Shown in pieces: positions 25,860 to 39,911 of a stretch of 64,000 bases of DNA. The position numbers and the translations under genes are program-made. Numbering within the stretch: position 1 is the stretch's first letter; every line of letters begins with the position of its first letter. The stretch spans positions 122,824,001-122,888,000 of the forward strand of contig NW_024704742.1 of NCBI RefSeq assembly GCF_018977255.1, in the 5' to 3' direction. The notes under the pieces were generated by a model. The model had not been told where the DNA came from. It saw nothing but the letters and a program-made list of their open reading frames with translations, and ran no database searches. This stretch comes from Callorhinchus milii (Eukaryota).

Positions 25860-26306
25860 ATATCTACATGCCCGCCCACACAGTAAAGAGAATACTCAAA
25901 AGCATTCAATACTACAAATAAATTAGCTTTCCATTTCAGTTCTGCCTCTGTTAATAAATCTTTAATTGTAACCTGTTCACAAAGATTACAATTTCATTCC
26001 AGTGTAAAATATAGACTTCAAGAAGTGAAAGAAAATTCAATAGCTTAAATGGGATTTGGGTGGATAGAACTCTTATATTTTCAGAGACTTTCGGGTCCTG
26101 TTGGCCACAGAACAAGACAAATCATTTATCAGTTCCGCCCCTTTAGGATCCTGCTCTCATGGAACTTCCAGAAGACCTGCACAGAGGTTTCATTGTTTAT
26201 AGCACATCTGGTAAAGTCACAAGAGGCTGTCTGAGTTACTCTAGATTTAACTCGTGTAAAATATACTGCAGTTTCTAATTTCAAAGCTGCAACTGGTCTG
26301 GGAACA
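25860..26306 (-). pseudogene. Pseudo-exon: vWD-like
   Basis: Acceptor catatag; fragments TASCDF, FVLFCGQQD, IVIFVNR and AELKWKANLFVVL in shifting frames. Confidence 0.35.
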
Positions 26307-26724
26307 CTATATGAATGTAAATGACAGAGGAATGTGGATTTCTCAGTAGGGTAAAGGATACAGAAAATAATAGTTTCTTCTAATAAATAACGTGAATGTT
26401 ATCATTTTGAAGTAAAGCAATCAACTTTTTTTTCTCCACGAGGGAAGGGTATATTTGTATTTGTTTTGTAAGGGAAACTGAGGTTTTTTAATTTTAGAAT
26501 TACAAATATACCATCATTTCCTCGTTGTTCCCACTTTCCCACTTACTTGGGTTCCCTGAATGTTTGAATAAGCATTTGCTGTCAGTAATCTAATTTGCTT
26601 ATCGGGGGTGAGGGGGAGGAGGAGAGGAAATTCTCATTATAACTATAAAGTACAGCCTTATATATTATAGCAAACTGAGAGCACTGCTATGATAGTATTA
26701 TGGTATTCTACTAGAAATAACAAG

Positions 26725-26990
26725 AGCAAATTGCATTTACAGAGCTCCTTTCACATCAGGATGACGTCCCAAGGCGCTGGATAATGAAGGGTTTGCACCC
26801 GAGCTGAGTGTTGCAATCAAGAGTAATGGGGTGCAGGGGATTGGGGCGATGATTGAAGCCATGGACAAAGAGGAAGGTCTTGAGATGGTCCTTCAAGGAG
26901 GCAAGAGATGGAGTGAGCAAAGGGACTCCAGAGGCTGGGGGCAGAAAGCTGAAGGCCCAACTGCAGTTGGGGAGAGGGCAGGGTGGGGGT
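26725..26990 (-). mobile_element. L2 LINE 3' end
   Basis: LKDHLKTFLF motif followed by tail. Confidence 0.7.
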
Positions 26991-29900
26991 GATGATGGCT
27001 GTTTTAAGGGGGTGGGAATGATGCCAGTGGACAGAGATATTGATTGTGTCAAAACATTGGGGTGAAAATGCAGAAAACACTGGGGTGAAAAATGCAGTAT
27101 GTGATGTGATATGCAGTAAGTCACTGCTCTAGGTTTCCCAGAGAAGTAAGAGATATCCAATGGTGTTATTGGTGTCATAATGCAAACAACAGTGATAATT
27201 ATCACATCACATATTGCAGTTTTCATCCATTATTTCATCCCTGACCAGTTTCGGCAGCAGAGTTAGGTAATGATATGCCGTCCTCCTCACCAAATTGGAT
27301 CTGTTGTGCAAGGAGCTTTAAAAGACATATTTGATGCCTATGACTTCCCTCTGACATTAAGAAATATTTCCTTTAGTGAGTAATTCTTCACGTGTAACAC
27401 ATCACAGTCATTGATATCAATGAGGCCTCTCTGTAGCCATTAGCTATAGGAAGCGTTCCTTTTATCTGATGTTCTCTTTTCTAAGGCTAAAAGTTCAATC
27501 TCAAAGTATCATTGAAACTACAACACAAGGTGAGGAGGGAGTCCTTTGGCTCATCAAACCTACAAACCTAAACTATTGCTAGCGGTGTTCACGTGGACAT
27601 TAAAGTCTCATGACAGTATCCAAAAAGAGAAGAGGGGTTCTCCCCCAACTCCTCCAGATAAAATTGGTTATTAACTCTGTTGCTGTTTGTGGAACATTGT
27701 CATGCTCAAATTGGCTGCTGCTTTCACTTTGAAACACCCTCCTGATGTGAAAGGTGCTAAATCAATTGTAAGGATTATATTCTTACCCTGTGGATATAAA
27801 GCATATGTGCCTCATCAGATCTGCTTACTTTACACTCTTTATCACTGCCAGATCTACATCTGAACTCATCTACGTAGGTCAATTCCCTTCTTTTGATTGG
27901 TAGAATGGTAAATTTCAAAATCGTATTTCCTGCTAAAATAGAAACAGATTTTTTCTGGTGGTGGCAATACGAATAACTTATTCACTGTGAATTTTATTTA
28001 CTTTTCAAGAGACAATCCGTGATGTCTGTGAGACATCCTATTATTTTCAGAGGTACTGAGACCTTACTGTGCCATAGCGTAGGAGATAGCCTTGGTCACA
28101 GCTCTTTTCACCAAAGGATGTGAGAAGCCACACAGGTGAAAACCCCCTATTCCAGGGGTGGGGAGAAGGCTTTGTACCAGAGGGTTAAAGAGGGTTTATG
28201 CATCTCCAAGTAGCTGCGTCAGCTACTTGGAGATGCATAAAAGTAACCCTTATATCTCTACAGTGATGCCCCTGACACTTCCCCCTCCCCATCCACAAAC
28301 TTGTATGAACTTCTCTCCTCAACAAACATCTTTGCCAGCATTATCTGGTCAATTCCACTGTTATATCAAACCTACAATAAATATATGCTTTTATTGTACT
28401 ACACCACGTTGTGGAAGAATACACACCGTATTGCTTTATATTGCTACTTAAAGTAACAGTAACTTGAATATATATAGCACTCTTCACGTAGGACAAAGTC
28501 TCAGACCACTTGATAGTAGCAGGGACAGACGCCGAGCGATGGAGAGGGAGAAGGGGAGATGGCCATAGATGTGGTCAAGGACGGTCGAAGCATCTGTAAA
28601 GTTAAATGGGGATGACATTTTGTTTAAACATAGTATTTCAAGTTCTTGTTTGGAACCAAAGAATCATAAATGTTTATGGCACAGAAGAAGGCAATTTGGC
28701 CCATTGTCTCTGTGCTGGCTCTTTTAAGAGCAATCCTTTTAATATGTTTGTTTTCAAGCAAAAAAAGTTGCCTAAATATGGTTCCAGGAGCATGCTGCTC
28801 CTTCTAAAATTATCGTTAAGCTCGGCATCTTACATTTATCCCAATTTGGCTTTGTACAGTTAAAAACAGGTCATCTTATCTCGCCGTCTGTTCAACTCAG
28901 GTCCAAGGCTGGCTCCTCCTTATCTATTTTTTGGCGAGTCTGTCTTGTTTAAATAAGTTCAGCTCATTCCTGCTGAATTCTTACTTTTCACCCTGTTGCA
29001 CCCAGCACTTTAAATCTTAACCCATCTGGTACTTTAGCTACAGTCCAGTTCTCTTACCCTGTTACACAACTTATTGGCTTCTTTTGACTTAATTGTTGAG
29101 CTCTGTTAAATGGTTTCATATTCTCCATTTCATTGTAATTGTATTGTTGATTAATTGCACTGCGGTTTTCTCTGTTCACTCGATTAACTGTTCACTTAGT
29201 TCTGGAAGAGTTATAATGGGTATGAGATTGGAATGAGAAAAGTCTATCCAGCTCAACGGACTCATCTCTTTCATGAACTGTATACATTTTTGTCTTTCAT
29301 TTACTTCACCAAATGGATTAATCTGTTGTGGGAAAAAGTTATTCAAAGTTTCTCTCTCCCTCCACTCCTGCCCTACCCAGCCCAGCCCCTTCCCCCAGCC
29401 CAGATGAGTATGATATAACTAACAACTAACTGTAGAACATCGATCTAACCTTGTTTCAAAAAAATTGATCATTCAATCCATGACTGGTTGTGAGACACTG
29501 CTCTGCACAATTGGCTGCTGGGTTTCACCCACAAAATACACAGTCAATCAACTTTATAATATTTTTACATAATCATAATGTAATTTAGAAAGCTTTGCTT
29601 TCCATTGGCAGCATATTCCATGGGTTTAGGAATTATTGTGTTCTATACAGTGTTTCCTCAATAACTATGCCTTCAATGGATCCAATGCATCTCAGCACAT
29701 TTATCCATTCCTTACGTAAAAAGATTGCAAGGCACAGTATCAAATGATTTAGCTTTAAGATACACAGAGATAGTCTGATTTTTCTTTTAAACTTTCAATG
29801 AATTCACACTTGCATTTTGCCAGCCTGGTTTCCACACAACTCACACAATAGACCCCACTGTCCCCAAATCACAGAAATAAATCTACTTTACACTGATCAC

Positions 29901-30579
29901 CAAATGTAGTAGATTATTTGCCCTATTTTGAGCATTTCCATTCTGCTGAGGCCTCAGCTCTGGCACTCTACTGTTCAGCCTCACCGTTCAGTCTTGGTCT
30001 ATATGTCATGCTCTAGTAATGTTTGGATGAGTTCCTAAACTCTCAGCCTGTATCTTTTCTTATTCCACAACTGGCCTGGAACCAGAATCCTTCTCCCTAT
30101 GAGGTCCCAGTGCTCTCTTCATTTGGTGGAAGAATGGAGATCCTGGCAGGTCTCCACCACAATTAAAATCAACATTATTCACCCCTGTCAGGATGAATTT
30201 CATTTAAAGGGCTGGACCCGTTCTGTGCCATTGAGTACTCAATCATTAAAGTTGATACTTGACCTTCACAATTTTTAATTCCTTTTACAACCTTCAATCC
30301 CTTTCATTATTAGGTTTTGTGAAACCTGTGAGCTCTCCCTGTATCCTAGCCAATGCTCCTGCCCCATCCAGATTCAACCAAAAACACATGGTTATTCATC
30401 TCATTGTTGCTTGTAGGATGTTTCTGCCACAGATTAGCTTCCTCTTTGCCTATATAACAAAGTTACTACACTTAAAATTAACTAATTGCAAGAAGCACTT
30501 TTAAATGTTGATGTGATAAGTCACTGTATTATATACAAGTGCTATAAATGGAACTTAGTATTGCTCTCCATTATTTTTT

Positions 30580-30792
30580 ATCTAACTAATAACGCTATGA
30601 TCCACCAGAGTTCCATTATAAAGTCTGATGGCCCCCAGCGATCTGGAAAGCTCAATACCATCCAAGTACACAGCATTACTCTGACCAGTACTGATTCTTT
30701 CAGTTGCTGATCTTTAACAGCTTCCATAAGACTGACAAAACATAGTTATCATGACGGCATATTTGACTCTCAAAACGGAAGGTTTCAAGAAG
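30580..30792 (-). pseudogene. Pseudo-exon, FN3-like
   Basis: Acceptor cttacag; NYVLSVLWK, then frameshift, then QSNAVYLDGIELS. Confidence 0.35.
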
Positions 30793-30868
30793 CTGTAAGA
30801 TTGACATTCAACTTTACATTTCTCCTATAAAGTGAAAAACTTGTTTGATTAAACAGGGAGTAATTTAC

Positions 30869-31210
30869 CTTGAAAGTATTTCCCACTCCCACACACTTCC
30901 CTTCTCCTCCTAACACAGGATCGACTGTAAGAAACTACCAAACACTGGGCTAACTGCAAATATTGAAGCATCACAAGGCAACGAGTCAGATTGTTCAACA
31001 GGATTCTTTGACCATAAACTAAACTGACACCCTCTCCACGTCCTGCCACACACATCCCAAAACATCCTATAACGGATTTTTCAAACACCCACATCACAAA
31101 CTTGGAGGAGCTGATGTTGAGGGAGGATTATGAGCCACTTTCAACATGCCCTGCTTGGTCTAGGTCTGCGGAACCAGCGTAAATAACAAAATGCCACCAG
31201 GTTTTACAGC
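30869..31210 (-). pseudogene. Pseudo-exon: vWD end plus C8
   Basis: KPGGIL...; LAQCLVVSYSRSCVRRRREVC (CxxxxxYxxxC); donor gtaaat. Confidence 0.45.
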
Positions 31211-31619
31211 ACAAAATAGTTGCTACTAATTCCAAGCTCGAGGTAAGAAAATGTGCTTCTGAAATGCTACCCTTAGGTTTGTCTGTATATTTTTCAATCA
31301 ATTTAAATTTTAGTCAATTGACCAGTCACTAATCAAGGTTAATTTCAAATCCACATTAATATCCACTTTCTGTCAACTACATCACCTGATGTGATAATTT
31401 GGATGCACTTAAGGTTGGCACTTGTTGAGACTCAGTGAGATCATAACCTTTCAACAGCCAGAACTGCTGGGTAACAATCAAATGCATCTTTAAAGGTCAA
31501 ATTATCATCCAAACAGAATAATTTATCAGAACAAAGAGCTATTGTTTATCTCCTGACAGTACCTAAAATGTGTGCAAAGATTTCTGAAAATGCATTGATA
31601 ATCAATGTTGATATTTCCC

Positions 31620-32290
31620 ACCTAGTGGGGGCTCAAACCCGCGTTTGTTGGATGTCGAATGACCAACTAGTGACTATCCTCCTTGAGGGAAGATAAGTGG
31701 GGTGTCCTTAGAACTGAACTGGCTCCAAGGTGACAAGCCTGGCAATGGATGTTGGAATCGAGCCGGCCCTCTGTGGCGGTCTCAGCAGTCCGGTTCCTGA
31801 GCCAGGCGGGTCCGCAGTATTCCAGGGCACTGCTGATGACAGTATAGTACCAGGCACTGCTGGTGCCTGGCTCATCAGCAGGACCTGGAAGGGAAGACCA
31901 GTCACTGGGGCAGGGAGTCATCCCTCTCAGCTCCTGTTAACCCTGCAAGACGAAGCCCAAACGAGTAAGGTAGTTCTAGCTGGACAATTAGCAGGAAAGC
32001 TTGCCCGACAGCAATGCCTATGGCAAGTTATGCAGTTTTAGCTGGTCAGACTCTAGCAGTACCCCAACGCATACCCTGGGGTCCTCAAGCCTTAGCTTTT
32101 GCCACCTTGCACCTAATACATTCTGGAATTAGGTAAGCAGGATGCTCCCCCCAGGGAGAGAGTGCAAATTCCATTCCAACAATCTATCTCTGGGATTTCC
32201 ATGTGTAGGTGGGATACATAGAAATTTCAGTTTGGTTTGGATACTCTTAAGGCTGGTGATGGGTTTCTGCATGTGTCAGACACTCGGCTG
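31620..32290 (-). repeat. Longest copy of unclassified repeat family X
   Basis: GC-rich; aligns by eye with 2515-2776, 3385-3470, 15700-15930, 21050-21360 and 51940-52430. Confidence 0.7.
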
Positions 32291-32405
32291 CCCAAAAATT
32301 TGCTATTTAATAATAATAATCCTTGCATTTGATATAGCGCCATATCACATTGTCACAAGTCTCAAAGTGCTTCACAGTAGACTAACTGTGTATTTTGTGG
32401 GTGAA

Positions 32406-32670
32406 ACTAATAATAATAATCCTTGCATTTCATATAGCGCTTCTCACGTCTTCTAGATGTCTCAAAGCGCTTCACAGAATATACTATTAAGTGAATTGAC
32501 TGTATATTTGTGGGCGAAACGCAGCAGCCAATTGTGCACAGCAGTGTTCCCCAAACAGTCGTGGATTGAAGTGACCAATTTATTATTGTTAGTTTTCTTG
32601 AGGGATTTTTATTAGGAATGTGGAGTAAGAAAACTTGTCCAAGGTTTTGCCCTGCTGGGAATTGAACCCA
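32406..32670 (-). mobile_element. Deu SINE, short form
   Basis: Tail, Deu core and partial head. Confidence 0.8.
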
Positions 32671-33363
32671 CAACCTTCTGACTCACAGTAGAGAGTGCTA
32701 CCATTGAACCAGGCTGACACGAATAAATAATATTCCTGGAGTTATAAATCGTGCTATTTGTGTCAGTGGCTCAAAGAACAATTCAGAGAATCATAAAAGC
32801 TGCCATGAAACTAATATCGTAGTGCTACCTTCTCCTTTTATGCAAAAATTTAGGCTGAGCTGGAGGGAAGGTTTAGCTCTCAGATCAGCATTACTTTGAA
32901 GAGCTTTTCCGTACAGATCAGAAGACTAAAACAAATAGTATTGGAAAGAAAAAAAATACACCAGGAAACATCATTAAATCATTGAAGACCCCACTCTTTT
33001 TAGTGCACAGTAAATGCTGATTTACTTAGAATGTAATGCAATATACCATAATGTTAAGATTGATTTTGGTGACATGAGTTAAGACTGATGGACTGTCACC
33101 TCTATGCTGGCCCGGCCATGGGAAAGGGAGGTAGAGAAAAATGATTCAGATTAAAGCACATAGAATCATAGATTTATAGAAGTGCAGGGACAACAACAAC
33201 TTGCACTTATGCAGCGCACTCCACACAGGGAGAGCTTTAAAGAGGCCATTTGGCAATCAAATGGGCAATAATGTTTTTCTCCATGACTCAACTGAGCCTG
33301 AACTGTTGAAACTCAATGAGTTTGAAAATTATGAGTCTTTGTTAATCATTCTCACTCACTCAC

Positions 33364-33725
33364 CGTATACATATTCCGAAACATTGTTTTCAGCAAGCCT
33401 TTCTGCCTTGTCTATCCATGAAGTTGGAGTCACTATGTAAAGAGATTTGCATTACAACATGTAAGTGTTGTAAGTGGGTCGCAATTTATTCAGCCATTCT
33501 AGTGAAGGTGCTGAACGCCTTGTAACTCCAGTAGTTGACATAATGTCTAGAGACCCTTGTCTGTTACTTTATAAATCTTGATTGAATACTCTTGTCCAGT
33601 CCTTGGACAAACAGCCCTTGACCTTCGCTTTCCTTGAAGCAGAAAAAAAATGTTTTTCATGCATTCCAAAACAGCCATGTTTCCCTCCAGGCCACAGAAC
33701 ACATCCTTGCCTTGGATCACACCAC
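33364..33725 (-). pseudogene. Pseudo-exon: vWD mid-domain
   Basis: Acceptor gcag and donor gtgagt. GVIQGKDVFCGLEGNMAVLECMKNIFFLLQGK...YKVTDKGL*TLCQLLELQGVQHLH*NG*. The stops fall where Y and W are expected in vWD. Confidence 0.65.
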
Positions 33726-35010
33726 CTGCTTTTATTTAGACATAATATCACATATGACTGACTATTCAGTTGTAATGATATACCATTAAATACACCATCA
33801 ACAACAAGGCAGCATTTGAAATACAGGCCTGCCTTGAAAGCAACATGGGGTGTTTCATTCTGGGGTCAGGAATAATAATTGTTATGTTCTCAATAATGTG
33901 TAGAATACTCTTTTATTTCAGCTCACCAGTTACAAAATCAGTCACACCAAAAACCCTCTACCCAGTCCTTCCTGCTTTTTCTGCCTTCTGATCCCCTTCT
34001 ATTGGTCTTAGTCAATTGGTTCTTATTTATTAATAAGTATCCAACAATAATAATAATCCCTGCAATAAAAATATTATTATTATTAAAATAATAATAAAAG
34101 ATTTCAAGTGAAAGATGGGACAGTATCTGTTGATTGCACCATAGGCCAGAAGATTCTTGCCAGCACAGTAAAACATGCCATTCCACCAAAAAAAAAAGCG
34201 GAGTGGAAAATTCAACATGTGATGTGGTTTTTAACACAACTCCAAACATTGTGGTTGAATGTGTAAATTAAGGTGAGAACACCTCTTCTCCAATTTCAGG
34301 ACGAAGGTTGGACCCAAAGTTGGGTCTGAACCACCATCAGAAGTACTGTATGTGGATTTGAGTGTTACTTCTTAACTCAATTGGGTCAGTTGGGTCTGTA
34401 TCGCCTGGAGCATCACTCAAACACCATGTTCCCTGGACGACCAACTCAAATCATTGCCCCAAAATTTGAAAGGGAAAGGAAGGGGGACGGTTGTCACACC
34501 ATCTTTAGTTGTTGACCTGTTTGATCGCGATTTGATGATGAATGTGTTATCATTATTACAAGTCATAATTATCACATCCTATGCCACATTCTTCACCCCA
34601 CAATACAGGTGCTAAACAAACTGAAATATGAAAATGTTTATCTAACTTACAACCAATCTGATCACATTCTTCCCCCTCCTTAAGTTAATTATGTCTGATG
34701 GGGGTAGGGGGTTCTGCCCGATTAATAAACTTTGTAAAAGCCTTTAAATTTAGTAATGCTTCACTTTTTTCCAGAACCTTTCAGGTCATTTACAACACAG
34801 CAATACAAGAACTGCCTAATGATTTGTGCCTGAATAATTAAATAACCAAAAGTAAAAGTTGTGCAAATCTCATTTATAGATTTTATTTATACAACATATG
34901 TATTAATAAAAGACAGAACATATTATCAAAATGTACTTCTATAACCTTCAAAAGAACAAGCTGGAATATTCAGAGACAGTCATGCAATGTTATATTGCAA
35001 AAGTAATTTA

Positions 35011-35370
35011 GGTGTCAGCCTGGCTCAGTTGATGTCATTTTGGGTCGAAAGGTTGTGGGTTCAAACTGCATGTAGAGACTTTGAAGTCACAGTCCAGGCT
35101 GACACTATAATGTCGGGCTCAGGGAGTGCTCCATTGTTAGAGGTGCCACAATTCCGAAGAGATGGGGGTTTCATCTGCCTGTTCAGTTGGACATTAATGA
35201 TCCCATGGCACTACTTGAAAAGAGAAAGGAGCTTCTCCGAATGTCCTGGACAACAATTCCTCAGATAAAATTGGTCATTCATTTCATGGCTGTTTGTGGT
35301 GTACAATCAATGGCTGCATTTGCCCACAAAATACAGTCATTACAGTTTGTAGCAAAATCCTGTAGATTAT
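35011..35370 (+). mobile_element. Old Deu SINE (SacSINE1-like)
   Basis: Head gtgtcagcctggctcagttg..., followed by Deu core. Confidence 0.75.
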
Positions 35371-35819
35371 ATAAACAGTTGGGTCTATAGAGCCCAGTGT
35401 TATTAAAGACCTCATGGGTAACTATAATCCGTGATAAATAACTATCCACTGACATCCTTTTCATTGATTCCATAATTAAAGGCACATGTTTGAATATCAT
35501 GGGTTGTTAGCCCAACCTGCATTTTAGACTCCATTGTAAATCAATAAGTGTTCATCACTGGCTAGCTAAACTCCACATACACTTTCTTCACATAATGGCT
35601 GGAGAATGTGAAACTCATTCTGTGATTGTAGCAAAACAAATCTAAGAGGAATCTTGACTTAATCATGGGGAGAAGAGAGAGGTATAGGAAAGGGGGAAAA
35701 GGAAGAGTGGAGGCTCAGGTGGAGTATAAACACTGACAAAGATGAGTTAGACCAAATGGCTTGCTTCTTTGCCAAATCAAAAAATTGTAGTCCTGGTAAA
35801 ATAACACCAATGAGCTTGC

Positions 35820-36103
35820 CTATTCTAGACAGACCGACTGCGTATGTACGATATCCTCAGACAGTTCGATCCAAGTTTAATCAGTACAGAGCAATATCCA
35901 TTTTTCAGAAATAGCAGCATTGTCACAGGCAAGCAATCACTGACTCTCATGAGGGTGTTACATTAGGAGAAGTTATATCTGCAGACTTGGTCCTTTAGGA
36001 GATGGGTTGCAGACTGACAATCTGAACACATTTGCTCGATACTCTTACAGCCACCAGAGAGGAGATTCATCTCATGAATGAACTAGTTTTCATCCGTAAG
36101 ACA
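35820..36103 (-). pseudogene. Pseudo-exon: C8-like cysteine-rich
   Basis: Acceptor gtgcag; CKSIEQMCSDC..VCRYNFS*CNTLMRVSDCL..GYCSVLIKLGSNCL. Confidence 0.45.
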
Positions 36104-36164
36104 CTGCACAGTAGAGATTTAAAAAAAGAAATGATCATGGGCACTGGTGCAACCCTAATGCAAA

Positions 36165-36690
36165 GACAACAACAAATTGCATTTATGTAGCACCTTTCAC
36201 ATTAAGAGGACATACCAAGGTACTGGACAGTTGAGGATTTGCACCCAAGCTGAGGGTTGGAGTCAGGAGGAGTGGTGACAAGGGGGTGGGGATGGGAAGA
36301 TGGCCGAAGGCATGGTCAAAGAGGAAGGTCTTGAGATGGACCTTGAATGAGGTGAGCAAAAGGGCGACACAAATGGACTCTTGGATGGTGTTCCAGAGAA
36401 TAGGGCAGAGAAGCCAAAGGTCTGACCACCGGTGGTGGAGCAGGTGGGGTGGGAATTTGAAGCAGGTCAGTCCCTGCCAAGTGGAGGGAGTGGGTGGGTT
36501 GGTAGTGTTTTAGAATGTCACAGAGCTAGGGTGGGGCAAGACCGTTGAGAGATTTAAAAGTGAGGCTCAGGGTCTTAAACTCAATGCTTTGGGGGATGGG
36601 GAGCCAACAGAGGTGGGTGATGATGGAGGTAATTGGATTACAGAGCCTGTTGCTAGAAAGGACGCAAGCAACATGATCCACGAACTGTTG
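36165..36690 (-). mobile_element. L2 LINE 3' fragment
   Basis: PITSIITHLCWLPIPQSIEFKTLSLTFKSLNGLAPP. Confidence 0.85.
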
Positions 36691-36699
36691 TTGCTCATC

Positions 36700-36987
36700 A
36701 TTCTGTAGCTGAATCAAGTCATGTAATGCCCACTGTATACTCAAATAAATCAGTATTTAGAGAAGAATGGACTCGATTTTCTTTTCATTTAAACTCGTTA
36801 TTGCAACGTTCATTTAATCTTGCTATAGCAAGGTTTTAAGGCTTGGTACACACCTGTAACCCTTTCACAACTCTTGCATGTGTTTTGCATTCAAATTATA
36901 ATACCATTTCTGAAAATGTAATTTTGTTGTCCTCCACTGACAAAATGTGGATCGTGTGGCCCGCATGAAAAGATAGTAAAGCCTGAT
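36700..36987 (-). pseudogene. Pseudo-exon: vWD N-terminus
   Basis: Acceptor ttctgttcag; SCGPHDPHFVSGGQQNYIF resembles the vWD GDPHYxTFDGxxYxF motif; followed by a stop. Confidence 0.65.
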
Positions 36988-37386
36988 CTGAACAGAATTG
37001 TCTCATATATTCCAGTTATCCTATCGATCCCAGCACTAGTGCACTAGACCAAATAATACCAAGAGTATGATAAATTACATTCATAGAATTACATTCGGGT
37101 CAACTAGTCCTTGCCAGTGTTTATACACTCAACAACAACAACTTGTAATTATATGGTGCTCTTCATGCAGGGTAGCATCTCAGAGCACAACACAAAACTC
37201 CACTTCTCCTAATCCTGTCTCTTAACCCTATATCAGAAACATTCTGATTGTCTGGCTTATTGCTATCAAATTACCTGTTAGCCTCCTGTTAGCCTCCTGC
37301 AGCTGCACCTTGCTATGCTCCTTCTCAGCGTATTCTACAGTGTGCGCAGAATATGCTCAGGCTAACGCAGACTAATTATGCTCAGA

Positions 37387-38060
37387 CAACAGCAAAAAAA
37401 TTACATTTATAGAGCGCGTTTCACTTTGGGAGGAGGTCCCAAGACGCTGGACAGTCAGGGGTCAGGACCCGAGCATGGGGGAGGGGTGGGGTAGGGGTGA
37501 GGAAAAGCAGAGAGGTGGGAGGGCGACTGAAGGCACGATCGAAGAGAAGCGTCTTGGGACCGGCCTTGAAGGAGACAAGGGAGGAAGCAAGGTGAAGGGA
37601 CCGTGGGATGGAGTTCCACAGTGTGGGGGCAGAGAGGCTGAAAGCCCAGCCACCGATGGTAGGGTAGGAGACATGGAACAGACCGGATCCCACTGAGGAG
37701 AGACCGGGCAGGTTAGTAGGGAGTCAGAAGGTCAAAGAGGTGGGAGGGAGCAAGGCCATGGATGGCCTTGAAAGTGAGGACGAGGATCTTGAATTTGATC
37801 CTCTGAGGGATGAGGAACCAGTGGAGTCGGGCGAGGGTGGGAGTAATGGGGTCACGGAGCCTGGTGTGTGAGAGTACATGAGCTGCAGAGTTTTGGATGA
37901 TCTGCAGCTTGCGAAGGGAAGAGTTGGGAAGGCCGATGAGGAGGGAGTTTCCATAATTGAGCCTTAATGTCACAAATGAATGGGTGAGGGTTTCGGCAGC
38001 CTGAGGGGTGAGGCAGTCGCAGAGTCTGGCAATGTTGCGGAGGTGGTGGTAGGCAGTGCC
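37387..38060 (-). mobile_element. L2 LINE 3' fragment
   Basis: HLRNIARL..LNYGNSLLIGLP..LQIIQNSAA..LHWFLIPQRIKFKIL. Confidence 0.92.
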
Positions 38061-38919
38061 GGTCAGACTAACCCAGGTCGACAATAAAACACTGGGAAAT
38101 TACTCTTTAGTTTTCATGAAATTAGGACAGAAATATATCAGAATCTCACCCGTTCTTTGTTCAATTAAAAAAAACTTTACCTACAAAATAGAGTTTAGCC
38201 TGAAAAATGAGAACATTTAACATTTTTGCCTATGCTATAAAATCATCTGAAATAGCAGGTGGATTTCTCAGGGATGGGCATCTGCAAACTAGATGGAGGA
38301 AGATGTAACAAGGTATATATGGAAAGTGTAAGGATTTTGTGATATTGAATTTGCGAGAGATGCTCCCTGTGCGAGCGGGGCATAGTTATCGTAAATGGGG
38401 AGTGAGATGAGTTTTTTCCGCTCCTTAACTCAGGGGAGTAAGAGCCCAGTTAGATTTTCCCCATTGTAGTTGCACAAGATAAATTAATTCAGTGCATACA
38501 GAGAATCAAACCTAAGATCTTCTTGATCATTGCAAAACCCACTGAGCCAGAGTGTCTTCCTTCTTCTTTACTATAAAGATTTATTAACTTTGCAGATTGC
38601 CATGAAGCACAGAAGTATGACATTGTACAAAATGCTGGACTTCTTTATTCTCCTTTACTTATAACCCCTTCTTCATCAAAGTAAATAATGCAGGTGATAT
38701 AGTACCCTAACAAGTCATCGAGACGTCTCAAAGCCTTTCACAGCTAATTTATGCACAACGACATCCTACAATTACAATTAACATTTGAAGCAAATGACCC
38801 TGGGAGATCCATGCAAGAGAGTTGTGAATATGTCAGTGATTGTCAATAACCAGGGAGGTATCAGGCAGTTCTTCGTAAAATACACATGAATATTTCAGTC
38901 ATTATTCATACACCTACTG

Positions 38920-39239
38920 TACTTTATCTAAAACTGTATGCAGGTACGTATTAGGCAAAATTGCACAATCAAAAAATCAAAGCAGGCAGTAAAAGTTAGT
39001 CTATGTCACGTTACTGATGGATGGACTCTTCATCCAGCATGATCTCCGAAGATGAAGTAAGGTGCCACTTCTGCATTGCGGTGGAGTCTGAGGACAGGAA
39101 AGAAATGAAATGATTATACTGTTCATCAAGCTCCACATCTAGCATTTTACTGATAGAACTGACCTGCTCCCTCCAAAGTGTAAAGAAAATCTCACTCCAT
39201 CGCATATGCTTCCACAGTTTACACCAGCAAAACAATTGG
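38920..39239 (-). pseudogene. Exon remnant, possibly FN3-like
   Basis: Acceptor after a T-rich tract; 74-aa open stretch ..MLDVELDEQYNHFISFLSSDST.., then ISNVT*TNF in a shifted frame. Confidence 0.4.
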
Positions 39240-39911
39240 CTACTTTAAAAATAATAAAATTTATTTGTTACATTTCTACTGTTTTATTGTTGCAGACACC
39301 AGAAACCCAAACTTCTAACTGATGTATTTCGTCTTACAATTTACAAATGCACACAAATGTAGACACTGTTTAATTCAGTCTCTATTTGGAAGTCAGTTCA
39401 TTCAAATCAGGACTGGATTTAAGAACTTTTCACAATTGTGGACACTTTAAAATTTTAAGATAAAATGGTATACCACAGGAATTTGAGAAAAGGGCAGGTA
39501 AATGAGACTGAACGGATTGCTCTTAAAAGTCGGTACAGACATGATGGGATGATCAGCCTTCTTCTGTACTGTTAATTTCTATAGTTCTATGGTCTTACAG
39601 GCCAGGAGAACAATTAGAATTCATAGATATGCAAGAAATCAATATACTTTGTCCACAAAATATACAGTCAATTCACTATAAAGTATATTCTGTGAAGCGC
39701 TTTGTGACATCTCAATGATAACGCACGAGATTAAATGCAAGGATTATTATTATTATCATCACGAAACGACTCCCAATGCAAAATCGGAAAAATACAAGTT
39801 ATTTGTTTCTGACCTACTTTCAATGAAACAATTATTTCTAGCATCATGCAGCTGTCCTGGAGTGCATATTATTCCCACGTTGTAAAGCATTTCATTGATG
39901 TCAGTTTAATT

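Noticed and set aside
31831..31880. CTGATGA hammerhead core in repeat X
   Set aside because: No GAAA follows the stem on either strand or in the 52.3-kb copy.
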